From Saccharolobus solfataricus P2 (GTDB lineage Archaea; Thermoproteota; Thermoprotei_A; Sulfolobales; Sulfolobaceae): a stretch of 64,000 bases of DNA. Below are positions 43,187-53,972 of this stretch, piece after piece (within the stretch, counting starts at the first letter, position 1; the number at the start of each line of letters is the position of its first letter). Location of the stretch: assembly GCF_000007005.1 (NCBI RefSeq), contig NC_002754.1; one strand, 5' to 3'. A model generated the notes under the pieces. That model was given only the letters and a program-made list of their open reading frames with translations, was not told the origin of the DNA and ran no database searches. A program made the position numbers and the translations under genes.

Positions 43187-44264
43187 TACTTCGTCAGACT
43201 TTAAAGAGCAAGATTTATATTTCATGAGTAATACTAAATTGTTATGCCGAAATCCAGAATGCACGGTATAAGGCTCAACAAGAAACAAGAGGAAGAGAGG
43301 AGGATTAACGCTGTAAAAGATGTGAGGAACGGGATGAGTATAAAGGACGTTGCCAAGAAGTATGACGTCTCCATCTTTACCGTGTACAAGTGGTTGAGGA
43401 AAGGTGACCTGAGCGCTAAGCCGAGGAAGGGACCCACGAAACTGAAGGACGAGGAAAAGCTCGTCCGAATCTTAGAAAAGAGCCCAAGAGATTTCGGCTT
43501 GAACTACGATTTCTGGACCTTGAAGCTCATAGCGTATATACTTGACAAGGAATTTGGGATAAAGTACAACCCGAGGAGTTTAAGCCCAGTCCTCAAGAAG
43601 TTAGGCTTCAAGTACAAGAAAGGAAAGAGAACTTACGTTAGAGACGATAACGCTGTAGAAAGGTGGGTGAAGGAACAAGGGGAGAAGCTTTTTAAAAAAA
43701 TAAGAGAAGGGTACAAGGTACACATCTTCGATGAGTCGTACGTGTCCTACATAAACAAGGGTAAAGGCTGGATGAAGGTCGGAGGAGGGATAAAGGTCAA
43801 CCCTAAGAGGAAGAGGTTTGCAGTAGTAGGCGGGATAACGATTAGTAAAGAGGGAATAACTTTCTCCTATTCGACATACAAGAAGCCCTCGCTGAACTCA
43901 AAAGATATTATACTCTACTTGAGGAAGGTAATAAAGGACGAGAAGACCGTGATAGTGATGGATAATGCTAGAATACACGGTAATGAAGTGAGGGAATTCC
44001 TTGAGGAAAATGGGGTGGAGTTTGTTTATCTGCCGCCTTACTCTCCGGATAAGAGTCCGGCGGAGGGGCCGTGGGCAGTCCTCAAGAAAAGGCTCTACTC
44101 GAAGATTTACACGGACTTCGAGACCTTAATGTGGGATGCAACGAGGTTCCTACGCTCCATATCCAAGAGAGTAAATGACCTTACGTATAGTGTGAAGAGG
44201 TGCGGTGAACCTTGGACGTCAATACTGAGTGAAGTTTTCTTGCCCTTTAAAGTCTGACGAAGTA
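43187..44264 (+). mobile_element. ISC1078 (IS630 family) with intact single-ORF transposase 43244..44257
   Basis: Exactly 1078 bp, perfect IR TACTTCGTCAGACTTTAAAG, TA TSD; DES, MDNARIH, LPPYSPD..PAE. Confidence 0.95.
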
Positions 44265-44281
44265 TAACTAACAAACAAGCA

Positions 44282-46378
44282 ATGAGAAGAATAGACGCAT
44301 ATGACCTATTAATAGGAAAGGGTAATTATGTAGATGATATATCGTATAAGGGAAAATACGCAGTATTTATCAGAAGCCCATACGCCCATGCTAGAATAGT
44401 CAACATCAATAAAGAAGATGCAGAAAGAAGAGGCGCATTAGTTCTAACAGGTAAAGATTTAGTATCTAGAAATGTAGAATCTGGCGAAAGAGAAGGAGCA
44501 AGTTTGACAACTCCATTAATGGCGATAAATAAGGCACTATACGTTGGCCAACCAGTAGCTTTAGTTATTGCAAATGATCCATATGAGGCTACGGATTTAG
44601 CGGAATTAGTTCAAATCGATTATGAACCTTTGGAAGGCATAGGAAATATTGAAAAAGCTTTAGAGAATAAGGTAACAGTATTTGAGGATTTGAAGACAAA
44701 CGTAGTAAGAGAACAAACCTTTGAATTCGGAAAACTGAGCACACAAGGTAGGCACTTAGAATTAGACCTATACTGGTCTAGAAGCTCTGGAAATCCAATA
44801 GAACCTTATGGGGCAATCACAATTCCAACAGATGATAGTTTGACCATAATTTCGAATCAGCAAGCAGGGAACGTAGTATCCAACGAAATACAGAAGGCGT
44901 TAGGAGTTAAGGTAGTACATAAAAACGCTAGGCAAGGAGGAAGCTTCGGTGAGAAGTTCTCCCTAGTCAGATACTTGACAGTATTAGGCTTTGCAGCATT
45001 GAAGTTTAAAGTACCAATAAAGTGGATTGAGACTAGAAATGAGCATTTAATGGCATCAAATGGAAGTGGACCAGAGAGGAAATTCAAAATCCACGCCTAT
45101 TATTCCTCTGATGGAAGGGTAAATAGTTTAGATGTTCACATATGGGAAGACGTTGGTGCCTCTAGGGATGCTGGTCAACCTTTTAAACCTTTAGCGTTCT
45201 TAACTGGACCATATAAAATTGGAGGTATAAGATATACTGGAACTTTAGTTGCCACAAATAAGAACCCAGCTGGAGCATTTAGAGGTGCTGGCACTCCGCC
45301 TCATACTTGGGCGCTAGAAAGAACAATGGATGCCATAGCTGATGACTTAGGTATTAGTAAGGCTGATGTGAGAAAGATTAACGCAATAGATACTTTCCCC
45401 TACGATTCTGGATTTGCATACTACGATTCTGGAAATCCAAGAGGCTTACTAGATTTAGCGTTATCAAGAAAAGACATCTTTGCATTGAGGAATAAGAACA
45501 CTGGAGTAGGTTTAGCGTTATCAACTGATCCCAGTACACCTTCTGGCAGCGAGAGAGTGAAAATTAAGGTTAAGAATAATAAAATTGTAATCGGTTTGGG
45601 ATTTGGTCCGGAGGGTCAAGGTAACGAGCATTCAGCAGTGGTAATGGCTTCAAGACTATTAGGGATAACCCCAGATGACGTCGCATATGAGATTCTAGAT
45701 AACACTGAATTGCCAACGTCCTTTGGACCTGGAGGAAGTAGAATGGCGATTTACACTTTTGGAGCTGTTTCTGGGGCAGTGGAGGAGCTAAAAGCTAGAT
45801 TGAGGAGGAAGGCAGAAGTTGTCCTAAACGATAAAGTCATTGATTACAGAGATGGGTACTTTATAGGAGAAAACGGAGGAAAAGTTAGAATTACGTCACT
45901 CGAGGGAGAAGAGGTCGACTTCACTTACACATTACAAGGTAAGTATAGATTCAATGCCTATCCATTCGCTTGTGACTTGGCAGTTGTTAGAATTGAAGAC
46001 GGCAAGATAAAGCCAATAAAACACGTAGTTTACATTGATCCAGGAACTCCGATAGACGAGGATTTAGTAAAGGAACAAGTAATAGGAGGTACTGCAATTG
46101 GAATTTCTCTAGCATTATACGAACATTACGTATACGATGAGAACGCTAACTTACTAACTACAAACCTAGCGGACTATGGAATGCCAACCGCTGCTGATTT
46201 ACCGGAAATAGAGGTCAACATAGTTCCGACTCCCTCTCCATCAACTCCTTATGGAGCTAAGGGAATAGGGGAAATCCCAGTTGGAATAGCTGCAGCTGCA
46301 GTAACTAGCGCCATTGAAGACGTTATAAAGAGAAGGATAAATAGAGTTCCAGTAAGCCTAGAAGACCTTTTTGAATAG
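44282..46378 (+). CDS. Xanthine dehydrogenase/CoxL-family molybdopterin-binding large subunit
   Basis: RSPYAHARI, GGSFG, AFRGAG, YGAKGIGE. Lacks the AYRCSFR loop of true aerobic CO dehydrogenase. Confidence 0.9.
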   Translation: MRRIDAYDLLIGKGNYVDDISYKGKYAVFIRSPYAHARIVNINKEDAERRGALVLTGKDLVSRNVESGEREGASLTTPLMAINKALYVGQPVALVIANDPYEATDLAELVQIDYEPLEGIGNIEKALENKVTVFEDLKTNVVREQTFEFGKLSTQGRHLELDLYWSRSSGNPIEPYGAITIPTDDSLTIISNQQAGNVVSNEIQKALGVKVVHKNARQGGSFGEKFSLVRYLTVLGFAALKFKVPIKWIETRNEHLMASNGSGPERKFKIHAYYSSDGRVNSLDVHIWEDVGASRDAGQPFKPLAFLTGPYKIGGIRYTGTLVATNKNPAGAFRGAGTPPHTWALERTMDAIADDLGISKADVRKINAIDTFPYDSGFAYYDSGNPRGLLDLALSRKDIFALRNKNTGVGLALSTDPSTPSGSERVKIKVKNNKIVIGLGFGPEGQGNEHSAVVMASRLLGITPDDVAYEILDNTELPTSFGPGGSRMAIYTFGAVSGAVEELKARLRRKAEVVLNDKVIDYRDGYFIGENGGKVRITSLEGEEVDFTYTLQGKYRFNAYPFACDLAVVRIEDGKIKPIKHVVYIDPGTPIDEDLVKEQVIGGTAIGISLALYEHYVYDENANLLTTNLADYGMPTAADLPEIEVNIVPTPSPSTPYGAKGIGEIPVGIAAAAVTSAIEDVIKRRINRVPVSLEDLFE

Positions 46379-46421
46379 GAGTTTTAATATCATAATATCA
46401 TTTAAATTTATTTTTTGGAAC

Positions 46422-46922
46422 ATGAAGAGTAAACCTATGAATGTAATTTTCGATGTACTAAACGAGATTCATGGGTTTTTTGGCGCCTTGTGGGCAGGAG
46501 CGGCATTACTCAATTTCTTAATTAAACCTCAAGATAAGAGGCAATTTGAGAGAATAGGGAGATTCTTTCTAATAACGTCAATTATTACAATAATAACTGG
46601 GATAATAATCTTTGCCTACATTTACCTAGCTCCTTATCAAGGGAATCTATTCCTAGTTGCGGCAATTCTGCGTTCAAGTTTAGATATTAGAATAAGGGCC
46701 TTTCTAAACTTAATAGGAGGAGCATTTGGGTTATTGGCGTTTGGGGCGGGGATTGTAATAAGCAATAGGATAAGGCTTATGGTACGTGTTAAGGAAGGAG
46801 ATGTTACAATATTGGAATTAAGAAATAGCGTAAGCAATTTATCTAAAATAAGCCTAGTCTTCCTACTCATCTCATTGGCAATGATGATACTAGCTGGTTC
46901 AATAGCACAAGTTATAACTTAG
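46422..46922 (+). CDS. Hypothetical integral membrane protein
   Basis: Four hydrophobic segments; probable start ATG 46422. Confidence 0.65.
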   Translation: MKSKPMNVIFDVLNEIHGFFGALWAGAALLNFLIKPQDKRQFERIGRFFLITSIITIITGIIIFAYIYLAPYQGNLFLVAAILRSSLDIRIRAFLNLIGGAFGLLAFGAGIVISNRIRLMVRVKEGDVTILELRNSVSNLSKISLVFLLISLAMMILAGSIAQVIT

Positions 46923-46942
46923 ATAAGTGAGGAAACGTATAT

Positions 46943-48628
46943 ATGACGTTTGGTTATAAATTAGATGAAGACGGCGTAACCTTTAATTTATGGGCTCCCT
47001 ATCAAAGGAAAGTTAAGTTAAAGATATTAAATAGGGGAATTTATGAGATGGAAAGAGATGACAAGGGATACTTTACTATTACTCTAGATAACGTGAGAGT
47101 TGGTGATAGATATAAGTACATTCTAGATGACAACAGTGAAGTACCAGATCCAGCTTCTAGGTATCAGCCCGAGGGAGTTCACGGCTATTCTGAAATTATT
47201 TCACCAGATTTCGAATGGGATGATGAGAATAGCGTAAAGGTAAAAAGGGAGGATCTCGTAATTTATGAACTTCATATAGGTACATTTACATCAGAAGGTA
47301 CTTTTGAAGGGGTGATAAAGAAGCTAAACTACTTAAAGGAACTTGGAGTAACTGCAATAGAGATAATGCCAATTGCACAGTTTCCAGGGAAAAAAGACTG
47401 GGGCTATGATGGGGTTTACTTGTACGCTGTACAGAACTCTTATGGAGGACCAAGTGGATTTAGGAAACTAGTAAATGAGGCCCATAAGCTGGGATTAGCG
47501 GTAATATTAGACGTAGTTTATAATCACGTTGGGCCAGAAGGAAATTATATGGTAAAGTTAGGGCCCTATTTCTCAGAGAAATATAAAACCCCTTGGGGTT
47601 TAACATTTAATTTTGACGATGCTGGAAGTGATGAAGTTAGAAAGTTCATACTGGAAAATGTTGAATATTGGATAAATGAGTTTCACGTTGATGGATTTAG
47701 ACTTGACGCTGTTCACGCCATTATTGATAATTCTCCAAAACATATCTTAGAGGATATTGCTGATGTAGTCCACAAATATGACAAGATTGTAATAGCCGAG
47801 AGTGATTTAAATGATCCCAGAGTTGTTAATCCTAAAGAGAAGTGTGGATATAATATTGATGCCCAGTGGGTAGATGATTTTCATCATGCAATACATGCTT
47901 TCTTGACCGGTGAGAGACAAGGTTATTATAGTGACTTTGGTAGTATAGGTGATATAGTTAAATCGTACAAAGATGTCTTCATATATGATGGGAAGTACTC
48001 GAACTTTAGAAGAAAAACTCACGGAAAATCGGTCGGCGATCTAGATGGTTGTAAGTTCGTAGTTTATATACAAAATCACGATCAAGTTGGCAATAGGGGT
48101 GGAGGGGAAAGATTAATTAAACTGGTTGATAAGGAGAGCTATAAGATCGCTGCAGCGCTTTACATACTTTCACCATATATTCCAATGATCTTTATGGGAG
48201 AGGAATACGGTGAGGAAAATCCGTTTTACTACTTTTCCGACTTTTCTGATCCTAAACTAATACAAGGAGTTAGAGAGGGTAGAAGAAGAGAGAATGGACA
48301 AGAGACTGATCCACAGTCCGACTGCACATTTAACGATTCTAAGTTAAGCTGGAAGATAAATGACGATATTCTTTCATTTTACAAGAGTTTAATAAAAATA
48401 AGGAAAGAGTATGGTTTAGCTTGTAATAGAAAATTGAGTGTTGAAAATGGGAATTATTGGTTAACCGTGAAAGGAAATGGGTGTTTAGCTGTTTACGTGT
48501 TTTCCAAATCTGTAATTGAAATGAAATATAGTGGGACTTTAGTTCTATCCTCCAATAGCTCTTTTCCATCACAAATTACAGAAAGTAAGTACGAATTAGA
48601 TAAGGGATTTGCTTTATATAAACTTTAG
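46943..48628 (+). CDS. treZ: Maltooligosyltrehalose trehalohydrolase
   Basis: GH13: [33 protein letters not shown]. Confidence 0.97.
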   Translation: MTFGYKLDEDGVTFNLWAPYQRKVKLKILNRGIYEMERDDKGYFTITLDNVRVGDRYKYILDDNSEVPDPASRYQPEGVHGYSEIISPDFEWDDENSVKVKREDLVIYELHIGTFTSEGTFEGVIKKLNYLKELGVTAIEIMPIAQFPGKKDWGYDGVYLYAVQNSYGGPSGFRKLVNEAHKLGLAVILDVVYNHVGPEGNYMVKLGPYFSEKYKTPWGLTFNFDDAGSDEVRKFILENVEYWINEFHVDGFRLDAVHAIIDNSPKHILEDIADVVHKYDKIVIAESDLNDPRVVNPKEKCGYNIDAQWVDDFHHAIHAFLTGERQGYYSDFGSIGDIVKSYKDVFIYDGKYSNFRRKTHGKSVGDLDGCKFVVYIQNHDQVGNRGGGERLIKLVDKESYKIAAALYILSPYIPMIFMGEEYGEENPFYYFSDFSDPKLIQGVREGRRRENGQETDPQSDCTFNDSKLSWKINDDILSFYKSLIKIRKEYGLACNRKLSVENGNYWLTVKGNGCLAVYVFSKSVIEMKYSGTLVLSSNSSFPSQITESKYELDKGFALYKL

Positions 48629-48670
48629 GGCAGGAGAGTTTAAAAATTCCTATAAATGATTATACTTTAG

Positions 48671-48760
48671 ATGACAAGTAAAAATAAAATAGATGAGGAA
48701 GAGAGAAGGAGAAGAGAAGAAGTTAAAAGGTTAATAATGCTCTTAGCAATGTTAAGATAA
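48671..48760 (+). CDS. Unannotated 29-aa small ORF (MTSKNKIDEEERRRREEVKRLIMLLAMLR)
   Basis: ATG..TAA fills the treZ-treX gap; TTTAAAAA lies about 28 nt upstream; purine-rich coding-like composition. Confidence 0.6.
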   Translation: MTSKNKIDEEERRRREEVKRLIMLLAMLR

Positions 48761-48796
48761 GGTTTTTAAAAAACTAAATAATAGTTAAGTACAACT

Positions 48797-50953
48797 ATGG
48801 CATTATTCTTCAGAACTAGAGATAGGCCTCTTCGTCCCGGAGATCCATATCCATTAGGTTCGAATTGGATAGAAGATGATGATGGTGTGAATTTTTCATT
48901 ATTCTCAGAAAATGCAGAAAAAGTCGAATTACTCCTTTACTCACTGACAAACCAAAAGTACCCAAAGGAGATAATAGAGGTTAAAAACAAAACGGGAGAT
49001 ATTTGGCACGTCTTCGTCCCGGGACTGAGACCCGGGCAACTTTACGCATATAGGGTTTATGGCCCATATAAACCGGAGTTGGGATTAAGGTTTAATCCAA
49101 ATAAGGTTTTAATAGACCCTTATGCTAAAGCCATAAACGGTAGTGTAATTTGGAACGACGCGGTATTTGGTTATAAGATAGGAGATCAAAATCAAGATTT
49201 GACCTATGACGAGAGGGATTCCGGCGAATATGTTCCTAAAAGTGTTGTGATTAATCCATACTTTGAGTGGGACGATGAGGATTTCATTAAGGGAAAGAAA
49301 GTTCCATTAAAGGATACAGTAATTTACGAAGTTCACGTAAAAGGGTTTACAAAACTTAGGTTGGATTTGCCGGAAAACATAAGGGGAACTTATGAAGGTC
49401 TTGCCTCAGAACAAATGATCAGCTATCTCAAAGATCTAGGGATTACTACTGTGGAACTAATGCCAGTTTTCCATTTTATCGATCAAAGATTTCTGACAGA
49501 TAAGGGGCTAACGAATTACTGGGGGTATGACCCAATAAATTTCTTCTCTCCTGAATGTAGATATTCCAGTACTGGCTGTTTAGGAGGGCAAGTATTAAGT
49601 TTCAAAAAAATGGTAAACGAATTACATAACGCAGGAATTGAGGTTATAATCGATGTAGTTTATAATCACACTGCTGAGGGGAATCATTTAGGCCCAACGT
49701 TAAGTTTCAGAGGTATTGATAATACAGCATATTACATGCTCCAACCAGATAATAAAAGATATTATTTAGACTTTACCGGAACTGGCAATACGTTAAATCT
49801 TAGCCATCCTAGAGTCATCCAGATGGTCTTAGATAGCTTAAGATATTGGGTTACAGAGATGCACGTAGATGGCTTTAGATTTGACTTAGCAGCAGCTTTA
49901 GCCAGGGAATTATACAGCGTTAATATGTTAAATACGTTCTTCATTGCTCTACAGCAAGACCCAATATTGTCACAAGTAAAACTGATAGCTGAGCCTTGGG
50001 ATGTGGGACAAGGGGGATATCAAGTAGGGAATTTCCCATATCAATGGGCAGAGTGGAATGGAAAGTATAGGGATTCGATAAGGAGATTTTGGAGAGGAGA
50101 AGCGTTACCCTATAGCGAGATTGCTAACAGATTATTAGGCTCGCCGGACATTTACTTAGGTAATAATAAAACACCATTTGCCAGTATAAATTACGTAACT
50201 TCTCATGATGGTTTCACATTAGAGGATTTAGTCAGTTATAATCAAAAACACAATGAAGCGAATGGATTTAACAATCAAGATGGAATGAACGAGAACTATA
50301 GTTGGAATTGTGGTGCAGAAGGACCAACAAATGACCAAAACGTGGTAATATGCAGGGAGAAACAAAAAAGGAACTTTATGATAACGTTACTCGTTAGTCA
50401 AGGAACCCCTATGATATTGGGAGGAGATGAGCTAAGCAGGACACAAAGAGGAAATAATAACGCGTTTTGTCAAGACAACGAGATAACTTGGTTTGATTGG
50501 AATTTAGATGAGAGAAAATCAAAATTTTTAGAGTTTGTTAAAAAGATGATCCAATTTTATAGGGCACATCCAGCATTCAGAAGGGAAAGATATTTTCAAG
50601 GAAAGAAATTATTCGGCATGCCGTTAAAAGATGTGACCTTCTATACTCTAGAAGGTAGGGAAGTTGATGAGAAAACATGGAGTTCCCCGACGCAACTAGT
50701 TATTTTCGTGTTGGAGGGAAGTGTTATGGACGAGATTAATATGTATGGAGAGAGAATTGCTGATGATTCCTTCTTAATAATACTTAACGCAAATCCCAAT
50801 AACGTAAAGGTGAAATTCCCAAAAGGTAAATGGGAACTAGTTATCAGTTCTTATTTGAGAGAAATAAAACCAGAAGAGAGAATCATAGAAGGTGAGAAGG
50901 AACTGGAAATAGAGGGAAGGACGGCATTAGTTTATAGGAGGATAGAATTATGA
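48797..50953 (+). CDS. treX: Glycogen debranching enzyme / isoamylase
   Basis: NYWGYD, DVVYNHT, DGFRFDLA, IAEPWD, SHDGFTL. Confidence 0.97.
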   Translation: MALFFRTRDRPLRPGDPYPLGSNWIEDDDGVNFSLFSENAEKVELLLYSLTNQKYPKEIIEVKNKTGDIWHVFVPGLRPGQLYAYRVYGPYKPELGLRFNPNKVLIDPYAKAINGSVIWNDAVFGYKIGDQNQDLTYDERDSGEYVPKSVVINPYFEWDDEDFIKGKKVPLKDTVIYEVHVKGFTKLRLDLPENIRGTYEGLASEQMISYLKDLGITTVELMPVFHFIDQRFLTDKGLTNYWGYDPINFFSPECRYSSTGCLGGQVLSFKKMVNELHNAGIEVIIDVVYNHTAEGNHLGPTLSFRGIDNTAYYMLQPDNKRYYLDFTGTGNTLNLSHPRVIQMVLDSLRYWVTEMHVDGFRFDLAAALARELYSVNMLNTFFIALQQDPILSQVKLIAEPWDVGQGGYQVGNFPYQWAEWNGKYRDSIRRFWRGEALPYSEIANRLLGSPDIYLGNNKTPFASINYVTSHDGFTLEDLVSYNQKHNEANGFNNQDGMNENYSWNCGAEGPTNDQNVVICREKQKRNFMITLLVSQGTPMILGGDELSRTQRGNNNAFCQDNEITWFDWNLDERKSKFLEFVKKMIQFYRAHPAFRRERYFQGKKLFGMPLKDVTFYTLEGREVDEKTWSSPTQLVIFVLEGSVMDEINMYGERIADDSFLIILNANPNNVKVKFPKGKWELVISSYLREIKPEERIIEGEKELEIEGRTALVYRRIEL

Positions 50954-53148
50954 TAATAGGTACGTATAGGCTACAGCTCAATAAGAAATTCACTTTTTAT
51001 GATGTAATAGAAAATTTGGATTATTTTAAAGAATTAGGAGTATCACATCTATACCTATCTCCAATACTTAAGGCTAGGCCAGGGAGTGCTCACGGTTACG
51101 ATGTAGTAGACCATAGTGAAATTAATGAGGAATTAGGAGGGAAAGAGGGATATTTTACACTAGTCAAGGAAGCTAAGAGTAGAGGTTTAGGAATCATACA
51201 AGATATAGTGCCAAATCACATGGCAATACATCATACTAATTGGAGGCTTATGGATCTACTAAAGAATTGGAAAAATAGTAAATATTACAACTATTTTGAT
51301 CATTATGATGATAACAAAATAATCCTTCCAATTCTTGAGGACGAGTTGGATACCGTTATAGATAAGGGATTGATAAAAGTACAAAAGGATAAAATAGAGT
51401 ATAGGGGATTCATATTACCAATAAATGATGAAGGAGTCGAGTTCTTGAAAAAAATTAATTGCTTTGATAATTCATGTTTAAAGAAAGAGGATATAAAGAA
51501 ATTACTATTAATGCAATACTATAGGTTAACTTACTGGAAAAAAGATTACCCAAATTATAGGAGATTTTTCGCGGTAAATGATTTGATAGCTGTTAGAGTA
51601 GAGTTGGATGAAGTATTTAGAGAGTCCCATGAGATAATTGGCAAGCTACTTGTTGACGGTTTAAGAATTGACCACATAGATGGACTATATAACCCTAAGG
51701 AGTATTTAGATAAGCTAAGACAGTTAGTAGGAAATGATAAGATAATATACGTAGAGAAGATATTATCAATCAACGAGAAATTAAGAGATGATTGGAAAGT
51801 AGATGGTACTACTGGATATGATTTCCTGAACTACGTTAATATGCTATTAGTAGATGGAAGTGGTGAGGAGGAGTTAACTAAGTTTTATGAGAATTTCATT
51901 GGAAGAAAAATCAATATAGACGAGTTAATAATACAAAGTAAAAAGTTAGTTGCAAATCAGTTGTTTAAAGGTGATATTGAAAGATTAAGCAAGTTACTGA
52001 ACGTTAATTACGATTATTTAGTAGATTTTCTAGCATGTATGAAAAAATACAGGACGTATTTACCATATGAGGATATTAACGGAATAAGGGAATGCGATAA
52101 GGAGGGAAAGTTAAAAGATGAAAAGGGAATCATGAGACTCCAACAATACATGCCAGCAATCTTCGCTAAGGGCTATGAGGATACTACCCTCTTCATCTAC
52201 AATAGATTAATTTCCCTTAACGAGGTTGGGAGCGACCTAAGAAGATTCAGTTTAAGCATAGACGATTTTCATAACTTTAACCAAAGCAGAGTAAATACCA
52301 TTTCAATGAACACTCTCTCTACGCATGATACTAAGTTCAGTGAAGACGTTAGAGCTAGAATATCAGTACTATCTGAGATACCAAAGGAGTGGGAGGAGAG
52401 GGTAATATACTGGCATGATTTGTTAAGGCCAAATATAGATAAAAATGACGAGTATAGATTTTATCAAACACTTGTAGGAAGTTACGAGGGATTTGATAAT
52501 AAGGAGAGAATTAAGAACCACATGATTAAGGTCATAAGAGAAGCTAAGGTACATACAACGTGGGAAAATCCTAATATAGAGTATGAAAATAAAGTTTTGG
52601 ATTTCATAGATGAAGCGTTCGAGAACAGTAATTTTAGAAATGATTTTGAAAGTTTTGAAAAGAAAATAGTTTATTTCGGTTATATGAAATCATTAGTTGC
52701 AACGACACTTAAATTCCTTTCGCCTGGTGTACCAGATATTTATCAAGGAACTGAAGTTTGGAGATTCTTACTTACAGACCCAGATAACAGAATGCCGGTG
52801 GATTTCAAGAAACTAAGGGAATTATTAAATAATTTGACTGAAAAGAACTTAGAACTCTCAGATCCAAGAGTCAAAATGTTATATGTTAAGAAATTGCTAC
52901 AACTTAGAAGAGAGTACTCACTAAACGATTATAAACCATTACCCTTTGGCTTCCAAAGGGGAAAAGTAACTGTCCTTTTCTCACCAATAGTGACTAGGGA
53001 GGTTAAAGAGAAGATTAGTATAAGGCAAAAAAGCGTTGATTGGATCAGAAATGAGGAAATTAGTAGTGGAGTATACAATTTAAGTGAGTTGATTGGGGAG
53101 CATAGAGTCGTTATATTAACTGAAAAAGTGGGTGAACTACCTATATAG
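50950..53148 (+). CDS. treY: Maltooligosyltrehalose synthase
   Basis: GTYRLQL, HGYDV, DIVPNHM, GLRIDHIDGL, VEKIL, STHDTK. Confidence 0.97.
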   Translation: MIIGTYRLQLNKKFTFYDVIENLDYFKELGVSHLYLSPILKARPGSAHGYDVVDHSEINEELGGKEGYFTLVKEAKSRGLGIIQDIVPNHMAIHHTNWRLMDLLKNWKNSKYYNYFDHYDDNKIILPILEDELDTVIDKGLIKVQKDKIEYRGFILPINDEGVEFLKKINCFDNSCLKKEDIKKLLLMQYYRLTYWKKDYPNYRRFFAVNDLIAVRVELDEVFRESHEIIGKLLVDGLRIDHIDGLYNPKEYLDKLRQLVGNDKIIYVEKILSINEKLRDDWKVDGTTGYDFLNYVNMLLVDGSGEEELTKFYENFIGRKINIDELIIQSKKLVANQLFKGDIERLSKLLNVNYDYLVDFLACMKKYRTYLPYEDINGIRECDKEGKLKDEKGIMRLQQYMPAIFAKGYEDTTLFIYNRLISLNEVGSDLRRFSLSIDDFHNFNQSRVNTISMNTLSTHDTKFSEDVRARISVLSEIPKEWEERVIYWHDLLRPNIDKNDEYRFYQTLVGSYEGFDNKERIKNHMIKVIREAKVHTTWENPNIEYENKVLDFIDEAFENSNFRNDFESFEKKIVYFGYMKSLVATTLKFLSPGVPDIYQGTEVWRFLLTDPDNRMPVDFKKLRELLNNLTEKNLELSDPRVKMLYVKKLLQLRREYSLNDYKPLPFGFQRGKVTVLFSPIVTREVKEKISIRQKSVDWIRNEEISSGVYNLSELIGEHRVVILTEKVGELPI

Positions 53149-53642
53149 ATTTATTCCTGAACTACTCTTGTCAGATATGCATTACTCAGATCTGAGTAAT
53201 ATGTTTTATATAAGAGATGAAGCATGTGATTCCTCTGGGCCATTTAGGTTTCCATTACAAATTCACTATATTTTCATGAATTATGATAAATTTAACTGAG
53301 TAAAAACGGTTAATAAAGGGAATTCATGCTTAATCGCGTCATGGTGTCATTATTAAGCTATAAATTTTCTTTCTAATATTCAAACGTATATTAAGTATAT
53401 CAGTTTAACGTCTTCTCCTCATGAAGATCATTTAACCTAATTAATTTGTAGCTCAGTGATTACACTATGAATCGCGTTAACACATTTATACTTATACTGT
53501 TTATAAATTACAATTCGCAACGGATCCAGGAGTCCTCCAAATGACGTTTTGCATGCCTCAATCAAGCTGAGGAGCACCATTAACATTACTAAGAAATATT
53601 TTGAAAAAAGAGGTGTTTAAATATAGGACTATCCATCCCATA

Positions 53643-53946
53643 GGGGTTTGGGCTTCATAGGATTTCATGATATTTCATCTCAATCCTCAGCCCTTGGGCT
53701 TCACCAAAGTCACGGACGTTCATCCCTCTCCGCCCCATTAGCGGAATAACCCCAACCCACACCCGTGAACGGATGTGAGGAAATCCGCACATCCTGTATC
53801 TCAACACCAGCCTTTCGGGATACGAACCCACATTTGGTGGTGCGTCATCAGATTATATTATATGTGTTTTTCATATTATCCTATATAAACTTTACGGTTT
53901 ATCGGAAACCGTTGGCAACGGTGAATTTTCCGCCGCCCCCAACTTT
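53643..53946 (-). mobile_element. Internally deleted IS200/IS605 (ISC1316-like) mini-element retaining left-end hairpin and tnpB 3' end
   Basis: Hairpin at 53903-53932; TnpB Zn-finger scrap TKCGFVSRKAG; C-terminal 45 aa MCGFPHIR...GEAQGLRIEMKYHEIL* (53655-53792); right end AAGCCCAAACCCC shared with 8584. Left boundary approximate. Confidence 0.8.
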
Positions 53947-53972
53947 ACAGAAATTACATTATCATGTGTATG

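Noticed and set aside
44282-46378. Calling the CoxL-family gene a carbon monoxide dehydrogenase
   Set aside because: The AYRCSFR active-site loop is absent and there are no partner cox genes.
53888-53908. CTTTACGGTT and TTTATCGGAAA resembling inner parts of both ISC1217 ends
   Set aside because: They lack the terminal TAGCA and any TSD, and are part of the IS605 left-end region; likely coincidence.
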